Below, piece after piece: positions 8,828 to 17,513 of a stretch of 32,000 nt of DNA (position 1 is the first letter of the stretch; each line of letters begins with the position of its first letter). Source of the stretch: Edaphobacter aggregans. GTDB taxonomy: Bacteria > Acidobacteriota > Terriglobia > Terriglobales > Acidobacteriaceae. Both the position numbers and the translations under genes were made by a program. The DNA is taken from the NCBI RefSeq assembly GCF_003945235.1, contig NZ_RSDW01000001.1, positions 90,001-122,000 of the forward strand, given 5' to 3'. The notes beneath the pieces are model-generated. The model was not told the DNA's origin and did no database searches. It saw only the letters and a program-made list of their open reading frames with translations.

Positions 8828-11724
8828 GCAGTGCCTGCAACCTTCCCGAAGACGTCCTCTGCGGCTGCTGCGCGGGCCTCACGCAGGAAACGCCCCAGGC
8901 TATCACCAACCGGCCTGCGCTCTCCGCGGTCACCTACCGCGCTGGTACCTACTCGACCTTCCTCGGCAGCATGCTCGCGTCGCTCTCCGATCCTGGCCTG
9001 CCCGCGCTCTCCGCTCTCCGCACCCGCGATAGCTCCGACTTCACCATTGCTCTGCTCGATGCCTGGGCCGTCAGCCTCGACATCCTGACCTTTTACCAGG
9101 AGCGTTTCGCGAACGAAGCCTTCCTTCGCACCGCAGTCGACCAGCGCTCCGTCTTCGAACTTGCTCGACTCATCGGCTACGTCCCATCCCCTGGTGTCGC
9201 CGCCTCCGCCGTGATCGCGTTCACGCTTGCCACCGCCGCTGGCTCGCCCGACAACGTCCTCATCGCTGCCGGCACTCGTGTCCAAAGCATTCCCGGTCCC
9301 GGCCAGATGCCCCAGGTCTTCGAGACCTCCTCTGATCTCACCGCAGTCATCGCGCTCAATGCCCTTCCTGCGCAAACCGAGATCCCCTGGCAGCTCAACC
9401 CCGGCGACACAACCACCTGGATCACCGGTTCCTCCAACAACATCAACGTCGGCGACGCGCTCCTATTCATCGCTACCTCTTCCTCAGGCAGCCCCATCGC
9501 CAATGGTCCCGCCGACCTCCGCTTCGTCTCCCGGGTCCACATCGACCCTGTTTCCGGCAACACACAAGTCTGGTGGAACGCCGGCATCTCGAACACTGCC
9601 ACCATCGCAACCAGCGACGTCGCGATTTACATCTTCCGCAAAAAAGCTGCCCTCTTCGGCGCTCAAGCTATTAACCCCTTCCTTCTTCCCCCCGATACAC
9701 TTAAAAACATCCCCGGCCACCCACCCGCCCCTGCAACAACCTCGACGCTCCTATCCGCGATCCCCGCAGCCGAGCCCAAGGCGATCACCATCGCAGGCAC
9801 CATCAGCACCTCCCTCCTCGCCACCCGCTTCGTGAAGTCCCCGACCGACTGGATCTTCCAGCCCGTGACGAACGGTGTCATCAACCTCGACGCCGCCTAC
9901 ACTGGTCTCTCTCCCGCGGGCACCGCTCCCGCGCAGCTCCAGTGGCTTGTGCTCACCAACTCTAATGAAACCGCAGTCTTCCAGATCAGTAACGCTTCAG
10001 AATCCAACCCCAACCTCTACGCTCTTACCGCCAAAACCTCCCAGCTCACCCTGTCCACTCTCGCGGTTCTGGGCGGCAACCCCGGTTCGGGACTGAACGA
10101 CGTCCTGACGACCTTCTCCAACGACACTCGCATCACCACCGCCTACGTCAGCAGCACCCTCCTAACCCCCGCCACCCTCCCCATCACCCAGTGGACCGGC
10201 CCAACCACCTTCACTCTCGCCCCTGGCATGATCGTCCCCGTCCAGGGTGGCTCGGTCGCTGTGGTGGGCGGCCAGAACATCGCCGCCCACGGGCCAATCG
10301 GCATCTCCGGCAAGCGGGTGCGCCTGCAGGTCAGCTCTGGCAGCCTCGCCATCTTCGGCCCCGCCAACTCCTCCGGCGTTCTTCCTGTCTCGGACAACCA
10401 GATCTTCCTCGTCAACGTCTTTCCACCTACGACCGACTCCACCGGCCTCCTGCTCTGGTCAGTCAGCACACTCTCGGGCGTCTCCGGTACACTCTCCCTC
10501 GCCGCTAACAACCTGCAGCTTCTTCCCGCCGACAAAGCCGACCCGCTTGCAAGCGAAGCCTCCCTCGTCGATGTCGTTTCCGTCACCGGCGACATCACGA
10601 CGCTCAGCCTCCACTCTGCACTTTCCGGCATCTACGACGCCACCACCGTCACCGTCAACGCCAACGCTGTCGAGTCCACCCACGGCGAAACCGTACAGGA
10701 ACTCCTCGGTAACGGCGACGGAACCAACAGCGCCCTTCAGTTCACGCTCAAACAGTCGCCCCTCACCTATGTCACCGCCGCCACTGGCAACGGCACCCAA
10801 TCCACCTTGCAGGTCTGGGTCAACGGCCTCCAGTGGCACGAGGTCGCCAACCTCCTCACTGCCGGTCCCGCCGACCGCGTCTTCACCAGCCGTGTCAGCC
10901 CCGCGCTCAGCCGCATCGTCCAGTTCGGCGACGGCACCGACGGCGCCCGCACCCCCACCGGCCAGATGAATGTTCGTGCCGTTTACCGCAAGGGCATCGG
11001 CAGCGCTGGCATGGTCAACGCCAACCAGCTCTCCCAGCCCCTCGACCGCCCCCAGGGCCTCAAGTCCGTCACCAACCCCAGCCCCGCCTCCGGTGCCGCC
11101 GACCCCGCCACCGCCGCCGCCGCCCGTCAGAGCGCCCCCCTACCCACGCTCACCATCGGCCGCATTGTCTCGCTGGAGGACTACCAAAACTTCGCCCTCA
11201 ACTTCGCAGGCATCGCTAAGGCACTCGCCACCTGGACCTGGTTCGGCACCCGCCGCGGTGTCTTCCTCACCGTCGCTGGCGCCAACGGTGCAGTCCTCCA
11301 GGGCGACGACCCGGTCATCCTCAAGCTCATCGCCGCCATCCAGTCTGGCGGAAACCCCTTCATCCCTCTTCAGGTCGTCTCCTTTGTCCCTGTCCTCTTC
11401 CAGATCGGCGCCTCCGTTAAGGTCGACACCTACAACTACGACTCTGGCCAAGTGCTGGCCCAGGTTTGGTCGAACCTCCAGACCGCCTTCGCTTTCGCGC
11501 AACGCCAGCTCGCCCAGAACGTAGTCGCAGGCCAGATCGTCGAGCTCATCCAGAACACGCCCGGGGTCATCGCAACGCAACTCGCGTCCCTCAACCCCAG
11601 CGGTGAGCCCTCTTCCGGCTCACCCCCTGCCATCCTCTGTGCCTCCGGCCCACTTCCCCCGCAGGGCGCGCAGATGCTCCTGCTCGACCCCGCCTCCCAG
11701 GGCATGATCGGAGTCTGGTCATGA
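8824..11724 (+). CDS. second large baseplate wedge protein ('putative baseplate assembly protein', Afp12/gp7-position), 966 aa
   Basis: The start overlaps the upstream stop (ATGA). The N-terminal Cys cluster CNLPEDVLCGCC is followed by a J-like core: TYRAGTYSTFLGSMLASL...FTIALLDAWAVSLDILTFYQERFANEAFLRTAVDQRSVFELARLIGYVPSPGVAAS. It looks paralogous to the preceding gene. Confidence 0.75.
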   Translation: MSSACNLPEDVLCGCCAGLTQETPQAITNRPALSAVTYRAGTYSTFLGSMLASLSDPGLPALSALRTRDSSDFTIALLDAWAVSLDILTFYQERFANEAFLRTAVDQRSVFELARLIGYVPSPGVAASAVIAFTLATAAGSPDNVLIAAGTRVQSIPGPGQMPQVFETSSDLTAVIALNALPAQTEIPWQLNPGDTTTWITGSSNNINVGDALLFIATSSSGSPIANGPADLRFVSRVHIDPVSGNTQVWWNAGISNTATIATSDVAIYIFRKKAALFGAQAINPFLLPPDTLKNIPGHPPAPATTSTLLSAIPAAEPKAITIAGTISTSLLATRFVKSPTDWIFQPVTNGVINLDAAYTGLSPAGTAPAQLQWLVLTNSNETAVFQISNASESNPNLYALTAKTSQLTLSTLAVLGGNPGSGLNDVLTTFSNDTRITTAYVSSTLLTPATLPITQWTGPTTFTLAPGMIVPVQGGSVAVVGGQNIAAHGPIGISGKRVRLQVSSGSLAIFGPANSSGVLPVSDNQIFLVNVFPPTTDSTGLLLWSVSTLSGVSGTLSLAANNLQLLPADKADPLASEASLVDVVSVTGDITTLSLHSALSGIYDATTVTVNANAVESTHGETVQELLGNGDGTNSALQFTLKQSPLTYVTAATGNGTQSTLQVWVNGLQWHEVANLLTAGPADRVFTSRVSPALSRIVQFGDGTDGARTPTGQMNVRAVYRKGIGSAGMVNANQLSQPLDRPQGLKSVTNPSPASGAADPATAAAARQSAPLPTLTIGRIVSLEDYQNFALNFAGIAKALATWTWFGTRRGVFLTVAGANGAVLQGDDPVILKLIAAIQSGGNPFIPLQVVSFVPVLFQIGASVKVDTYNYDSGQVLAQVWSNLQTAFAFAQRQLAQNVVAGQIVELIQNTPGVIATQLASLNPSGEPSSGSPPAILCASGPLPPQGAQMLLLDPASQGMIGVWS

Positions 11725-14036
11725 GCCTCAACGCCGAACAACTCTTCGCTCTTCTCCCCTCGGTCTACCGCAACCGTGACGGTGACATCGGCGACCCGCT
11801 CCAGTCGCTCTACGCCGTGCTCGCCCAACAGCTCGGCATCGTCGAAGACAACATCCAGCAGCTCTACGACGACCAGTTCATAGAAACCTGCGCGCCCTGG
11901 GTGATCCCTTACATCGGCGACCTGATCGGTTACAACTCGATCTATGAGATCGCTACTACCTCCGACAGCCGCGCCGAAGTCGCCAACACCATCGGCTACC
12001 GCCGCCGCAAAGGTACCCTCCTTGCGCTCGAGCAGGTCGTCGCCGACGTTTCCGGCCGCACTACAGTAGCTGTCGAAGAGTTCCGCCGCCTCATCACTAC
12101 CGAAAGCATGCGGTTGGTCCGCCCCCGCCACGACTCCACCCTCACCCTCCGCCGCACCTCCGCGCTCGACCGCCTCAACACCGCCTTCGACCCCGCCAGC
12201 CGCACAATTGACGTACGCCGCATCGCCCCTCGTCTCCGTATTGCGCCCGACCCCGACCCCGCTCCGCTCGACATCAGTCTGCATGGCCCCGGCCGCTCCA
12301 ACATCCCGGACATCGCTATCCATCTCTGGCGCCTCAAGAGCCGCCCCGTCGTCAACGCTCCCGCTTTCCGGGTCGGAGCAGGGCGCTTCATGTTCAGCCC
12401 CCTCGGCGCAAACCTGCCGCTCTTCTCAGACCCACCCGCCCGCGCCTCCTTCAGCGGCCTCACCACCCGCATCGACGTCCCCGAACCCATCGACCGCATC
12501 GAGTTCGCCCGAAGCCTCCACCATCCTCACTCTCCCCAGTTCTACGGCTCCGCTGCCAGCATCCTCCTCATCGCCGACGGCGTTCCCATATCCGCCTCGC
12601 AGATCGTCTGCGCCAATCTCTCCGAACTCACCCCGGGCGGCCCCTGGTGCACCGTCCCCGCCGGCCGCATTGCCATCGATCCCGAACTCGGCCGCATCGC
12701 CTTCGCGCGCGATCTCCCCCTCCCACAATCTCTCCGCCTCAACTACTCCTTCGGCTCCGCAGCCGAAATCGGCGGTGGTCCCTACGACCGCTCTGCCTCG
12801 CTCACCGCTCTCAATCCCGCCCAGGCCTCCTTCTTCTCCCTTATAGGCACAACCACGCCATCACTCGAATCCGCCGTTGCCGAATGGAACATTCTCGTCG
12901 CCGCCACCCCTAACTTAACCGGCATAATCGTCCTTCCCGGCTTCGAGCAGTTTGCCATCGACCTAACCGGACTGGCCGCCATCCAGCTTCCTGCCGGTTC
13001 TAATCTCACCCTCGTCTCCGGCCAACCCGTCCCCTCCGGCGGCCTCTTCGACATCATCTGGAATCACTCCTGCGCCACGCTCACAGGCAGCATAGAAATC
13101 GTCGCCTCCGCCGTCCCCGTCCAGTCGACGGGCGAGGGACCAGCCGCCGGTCAGCTTCTTCTCAGCGGCCTCTGGCTCGCCGGTCAGATCTCAGTCTCCG
13201 GCGGCACCGCCACCGTCCAGGTCCTCGACTCCACCCTTGTTCCCGGCCTCGCCCTGACCCCCGCAGCCGATCCCGTCTCGCCCGGCGACCCTAGCATCTG
13301 TGTCACTGCCGTGGAAGTCAGTCTCACCGTCCTGCGCTCGATCACCGGCCCCATCGCCGCCGACTCGGGAGGCTCCACCCGCGTCTGCTCCAGCATTGTC
13401 GATGCTACCTCGCCCTGCTGCGTCGCCTACGCCGCGCCTGACCTCGCCTCTGCCGGCGCTGACCTCCACATTGAAGACAGCACCGTCGTCGGGAAAGTCC
13501 ACACCCGCACCATTCCGCTCGCCTCCAACACGATCTTTTTTGCCCGCCGTCCGTACCGCGACCCCTGGCCCGCCGCCGTCTGGGCCAGCCGCCGCCAAAC
13601 CGGCTGCGTTCGATTCTGCTGGCTCCCGTTCGACTCCATCACCCCGCGTCGCTATCTCTGCCTTCCACCCGACGCCGCGAGCGAAGCCTCTCTTACGCCC
13701 AAATTCATCAGCCTCCGATTCGGTCAGCCGGGCTACGCGTTGCTCAGCGGCGACGTCCCTCTCGCGATCTGGCATGGCGCCGACAACGGATCCCAGATCG
13801 GTGTGTATTACCAGATTCAGGAAACCGAGGCTGTTCGCAACGTCCAGCTCCGCGCCCCGGAGTACCTTCCCGTTGCGCTCGAGAGCGGCATCTTCCTCCA
13901 CCCCTCGCACCCCCTTCAGCGCGAGGGTCGGCTTCCCAGCATAGTTTATGGACGGCTCGTTCCGCCTCCGCAATGTTGTGACGACACAGACAATGACAGG
14001 CCGGCGTTCTACGGCATTGGCACTGCGCTGGTCTAA
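11721..14036 (+). CDS. phage tail protein, N-terminal P2 gpI-like domain, long C-terminal extension (771 aa)
   Basis: The start overlaps the upstream stop (ATGA). LLPSVYRNRD...DPLQSLYAVLAQQLGIVEDNIQQLYDDQFIETCAPWVIPYIGDLIGY resembles the gpI/tail-protein domain that follows the gpJ-like genes in P2-type baseplates. Confidence 0.7.
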   Translation: MSLNAEQLFALLPSVYRNRDGDIGDPLQSLYAVLAQQLGIVEDNIQQLYDDQFIETCAPWVIPYIGDLIGYNSIYEIATTSDSRAEVANTIGYRRRKGTLLALEQVVADVSGRTTVAVEEFRRLITTESMRLVRPRHDSTLTLRRTSALDRLNTAFDPASRTIDVRRIAPRLRIAPDPDPAPLDISLHGPGRSNIPDIAIHLWRLKSRPVVNAPAFRVGAGRFMFSPLGANLPLFSDPPARASFSGLTTRIDVPEPIDRIEFARSLHHPHSPQFYGSAASILLIADGVPISASQIVCANLSELTPGGPWCTVPAGRIAIDPELGRIAFARDLPLPQSLRLNYSFGSAAEIGGGPYDRSASLTALNPAQASFFSLIGTTTPSLESAVAEWNILVAATPNLTGIIVLPGFEQFAIDLTGLAAIQLPAGSNLTLVSGQPVPSGGLFDIIWNHSCATLTGSIEIVASAVPVQSTGEGPAAGQLLLSGLWLAGQISVSGGTATVQVLDSTLVPGLALTPAADPVSPGDPSICVTAVEVSLTVLRSITGPIAADSGGSTRVCSSIVDATSPCCVAYAAPDLASAGADLHIEDSTVVGKVHTRTIPLASNTIFFARRPYRDPWPAAVWASRRQTGCVRFCWLPFDSITPRRYLCLPPDAASEASLTPKFISLRFGQPGYALLSGDVPLAIWHGADNGSQIGVYYQIQETEAVRNVQLRAPEYLPVALESGIFLHPSHPLQREGRLPSIVYGRLVPPPQCCDDTDNDRPAFYGIGTALV

Positions 14037-14089
14037 GGGCCCGCAAGAACCGGGCAGAATTTTTTCATCAGGAATGGTCAGGGGGTCTT

Positions 14090-16561
14090 ATGAAAGGTGA
14101 CTTCAGTCGAATCCGGTTCAACCCAGGCAAGCAATACACCGCTGTGCTCGAGCAGCAGGGGCGCGTCTCCCTCGATGCTGACACTAACGAACAAGCCGCG
14201 ATCAACGACTATCTCCGCCGCACTGAAACCGTCGACGTAATCGGTGCCTTTGGCGCGCCCGAGCACGACCCCGGCTTCGCTATCACCGTCTCTGGCAACG
14301 AAATCCTCATCGGCACCGGCCGTTACTACGTCCAGGGCCTGGTCTGCGAGAACCGCGTTGACGCATTGCCTTATATCAGCCAGCCCTTCCTGCTAAATCC
14401 CTCCCCGACTGACTCCACCCTCCTCAACGAACTCGCCCAAGCCGACGGCAACAGCGCCATCCAGGTCTATCTGCAGGTCTGGCAGCGACTCGTCACCGCG
14501 CTCGACGACGCCTGTCTCCGCGAGCCCGCGCTCGGCCAGGCCGACACCACCGCGCGCTTGCAAACCGTCTGCCGCGTGGTGGCCAGCCTTGTTCCGCCCC
14601 CGCAGCCTTCGCAAATAGTCAACAAACTCCCCATCTCCAGCATCTTTCGCGAGCCCATCCTCGAGGCCCGGCAAAACCTTGCCGCGTTGATAAAAGAAAA
14701 CGCTGCCCTCCTCACCAGAGCAGTCACGACCCCGGCCGCTAATACTACGTCTGTCACCGCACTTGTGCCGGCTGTGGACTGCTGCACGTCGATGTACGGC
14801 CTTATCCCCACCCTCAGCACCGGCACCATGAGCGCCAGCACCGCCGCCGCCGGCTCCGACTGCTCCTGTCAGCCCATTCCCGCCGCAGGATACCAGGGCC
14901 TCGAAAACCAGCTCTATCGCATCGAGATCCACAACGGTGGCACCGAGGCCACGGCCTCCTTCAAGTGGTCGCGCGAAAACGGCTTCGTCGTCAGCGCCAT
15001 CACCACCTTTACCGGCAACACGATCGTCGTCGAATCACTCGGTCCTGACGCCAACCTCGGCTTCCAGGCCAACCAGTGGGTAGAAATCACCGACGACTCC
15101 GACCTCTTCGGTGAAACGCCCAACAGCCCCGGCCTCCTCTACCAGATCCAGAGCATCGACTTCACCGTCCCTTCCATCACCCTCACCTCCCCGGTCATCG
15201 GAATCAACACTGCGCTCAACGCCCGCGTACGCCGCTGGGACCAGACTGGCCCCTCCGCAACCAGCGCAGGTGTTCCCCTCTCCATTAGCACGCCGCTTAT
15301 CTTGGAAAACGGCATCGAGGTCACCTTCCGCGCCGGCACCTACCAGGCCGGTGACTACTGGACGGTCCCCGCCCGCACCGCCTCCGGCCAAATCGACTGG
15401 CCCCCCTGCGGCAGCAACGGCGACCTCTTTCAGCCGCCCCACTCCACGCTCGTCTACAACGCCCCGTTGGCCTGCATCCACTGGGACCCCAAGCAGCAGA
15501 AGGCGCTTGTCGAAGACTGCCGCCGCTTCTTCTTACCCCTCACAGAAATCAACGCTGCCGCTGCCTCCAATGCGCTTCATGTCACCGCCATGAACTGGTC
15601 CAACGACTCCCTCATGACCGCCGACGTATGGGTCGCCCAAGGCCTCACCGTCACGCTCGACGGAACTCCGACCAGCCCCATCTCGAACGGCGACTTCATC
15701 GTCACCCTCGAAACCATCTTCGATCCCTTCCAGGCGACGAACACCGGTATCGGTCTCGCCAGCCGCGCAATCAATCTGCAGCTCCCCTCTACTTACATCC
15801 GCACCTGTTTCGCCCTCGACTCGACCATAACGGTCAAAGGCCCATCGATCTCCTGGACCCTACCCTATCTTCAAGCGGCACCACTCCAGATCCTTACCGT
15901 CAACGCCATCAACACCGGCCTGCTGTTCGGTGCCGCGTTCGGTCAGTATGCTCGCGTCAGGGTCCGGCTCCTCGGCAATACCATCTCCTCCGGAGTAGCC
16001 AATGGCCAGCTGTTTCTTGATGGCCAATGCCTCGGCCAGCCCATAACCAACGCGGATGGCACCACCCGCATCGACCTGCAGCTTCCTTCCAGCACCGGCG
16101 AGCGATACAGCGACTTCGAGTCCTGGTTCTACCTCGCTCCTACCCTGCTCATCGCAGACCTCACCGTCGCTTATCCCGCCCTCTTCGCCATTGCACCGAA
16201 CGGCAACCTCATCGGGGTAGCAGCAACTGGGCCGGTCACCGGCTTCGAAAACGGCGTCAACCCTTTCGCGACGATCACTGCCAACTACCGCGCCCTCGTC
16301 GATACTCAGGTCACTCTCTCCCTCCTGGACGCCAACGGCCAGGCTTCGCAATGGGCCAATATCGACTCCCCCGTAACCATCCACGCCGGCGAAGTCTTCA
16401 CCAACGCCGCCATCAACGTCACCGGAAATCCAATAACCAACGGGCAATTTACCACCGTCACCATCACCGTGCAGGCCAGCATCACCACCGCGATAGGCCC
16501 GCTTCCAGCCACTCCGGTCACCTTCACCCTGACCGGCGGCTCCTACGAACAAATCAACTAG
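14090..16561 (+). CDS. large CIS-associated protein in the tail-fibre position (recalled as DUF6519-like), 823 aa
   Basis: The N-terminus MKGDFSRIRFNPGKQYTAVLEQQGRVSLDADTNEQ and the motif NQLYRIEIHNGG...SFKWSRENGFV match my memory of a conserved family found after CIS baseplate genes. The match is unverified. The C-terminal half is beta-rich with no catalytic motif. Confidence 0.6.
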   Translation: MKGDFSRIRFNPGKQYTAVLEQQGRVSLDADTNEQAAINDYLRRTETVDVIGAFGAPEHDPGFAITVSGNEILIGTGRYYVQGLVCENRVDALPYISQPFLLNPSPTDSTLLNELAQADGNSAIQVYLQVWQRLVTALDDACLREPALGQADTTARLQTVCRVVASLVPPPQPSQIVNKLPISSIFREPILEARQNLAALIKENAALLTRAVTTPAANTTSVTALVPAVDCCTSMYGLIPTLSTGTMSASTAAAGSDCSCQPIPAAGYQGLENQLYRIEIHNGGTEATASFKWSRENGFVVSAITTFTGNTIVVESLGPDANLGFQANQWVEITDDSDLFGETPNSPGLLYQIQSIDFTVPSITLTSPVIGINTALNARVRRWDQTGPSATSAGVPLSISTPLILENGIEVTFRAGTYQAGDYWTVPARTASGQIDWPPCGSNGDLFQPPHSTLVYNAPLACIHWDPKQQKALVEDCRRFFLPLTEINAAAASNALHVTAMNWSNDSLMTADVWVAQGLTVTLDGTPTSPISNGDFIVTLETIFDPFQATNTGIGLASRAINLQLPSTYIRTCFALDSTITVKGPSISWTLPYLQAAPLQILTVNAINTGLLFGAAFGQYARVRVRLLGNTISSGVANGQLFLDGQCLGQPITNADGTTRIDLQLPSSTGERYSDFESWFYLAPTLLIADLTVAYPALFAIAPNGNLIGVAATGPVTGFENGVNPFATITANYRALVDTQVTLSLLDANGQASQWANIDSPVTIHAGEVFTNAAINVTGNPITNGQFTTVTITVQASITTAIGPLPATPVTFTLTGGSYEQIN

Positions 16562-16581
16562 TATTCGGAGAAATCGACCCC

Positions 16582-17502
16582 ATGCGCGCTGTCTGGTCCT
16601 TCTGGAGCAAACCCTTCCAGGGCGAAAAGGGCCGCTCCTGGCAAAGCCCGCTGCATCACTTGCTCGCCTGGGGTCTATCCATGCGCCTTGCGCGCAAATA
16701 CTTCCCAGAAACTGCCCTCGTCACCGACACGCCCGGCAAAGCGCTCCTGGTCGACGCTCTCGGCCTCCCCTTCACCCACGTCTCCACGGAGCTCGACGAC
16801 TACCGCCGCTGCGACCCTGGCTGGTGGTCGCTCAGCAAAGTAGTCGCCTACCGTGCCCAGCAACAGCCCTTCATCCACCTCGATACCGACGTCTTCCTTT
16901 GGAAGCCCCTGCCCGCCGCCATGCTCGCCGCATCGGTCTTCGCCCAGTGTCCTGAAGACCATCCCCCGCTCGACACCTATTGGGGTCCCGATGAAGTCGA
17001 GCGCGCCTTCACCCAGCACAACCTCACCGTGCCCGTCGAGTGGGAGTGGGTGCGCTCGCGCTCCCCATACGGCTTCCGCGAGGCCAACTGCGGCATCATG
17101 GGCGCAAACCGCGTCGACTTCATTCAGTACTTCGCCAGCCTCTCGCTCGATCTCATGACCAACCCCGCCAACGCTCCTGCCTGGGCCGAGTTTCCCTATC
17201 TCAGCGGCTACATGATGCTCACGGAGCAATTCCTTCTCAACGCCTGCTTCGAATTCCATCGCTCCCACCCCCAGTCGCCCTTCCGCGGCATGCACATGCG
17301 CTACCTCTTCCCCTCCTTCGGCGAAGCCTACAACCACGAAGCTGCCTCCCGCGTCGGCTTCACCCACCTCCTCGGCGACGCTAAGCGCGACCCCGCCATC
17401 GCCCGTCGCCTTGAACAACGCACGGAACAGGAAGACGGCAGCTTCTACCGCCACTGTGTGCAGCTGAGCCGCCACAACCCTTTCTCCCGCCACGCTCTCT
17501 GA
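16582..17502 (+). CDS. hypothetical protein with DxD motif, GT-A glycosyltransferase-like (recalled as DUF6734-like), 306 aa
   Basis: The listed ORF 16027..17502 overlaps the previous gene. The real start is probably the ATG at 16582, with GGAG 11 nt upstream, 20 nt after the upstream stop. N-terminus is MRAVWSFWSKP. PFIHLDTDVFLWKPLP carries a DxD-type motif. The family assignment is from memory only. Confidence 0.55.
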   Translation: MRAVWSFWSKPFQGEKGRSWQSPLHHLLAWGLSMRLARKYFPETALVTDTPGKALLVDALGLPFTHVSTELDDYRRCDPGWWSLSKVVAYRAQQQPFIHLDTDVFLWKPLPAAMLAASVFAQCPEDHPPLDTYWGPDEVERAFTQHNLTVPVEWEWVRSRSPYGFREANCGIMGANRVDFIQYFASLSLDLMTNPANAPAWAEFPYLSGYMMLTEQFLLNACFEFHRSHPQSPFRGMHMRYLFPSFGEAYNHEAASRVGFTHLLGDAKRDPAIARRLEQRTEQEDGSFYRHCVQLSRHNPFSRHAL

Positions 17503-17513
17503 GGACAGACCAG

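Noticed and set aside
10247-11524. Pro/Ser/Thr/Ala-rich alternative-frame + strand ORFs (10247..10969, 10970..11524, and similar ones at 798..1628, 6558..7238 and 9227..9835)
   Set aside because: These are off-frame translations of GC-rich genes whose primary frames have strong family motifs. None has a start context or conserved motifs.
16027-16581. 5' extension of ORF 16027..17502 (491 aa as listed)
   Set aside because: The extension overlaps the 3' 535 nt of the 14090..16561 gene in another frame. It is Arg/His/Pro-rich nonsense. A clean ATG with GGAG at 16582 follows the upstream stop.
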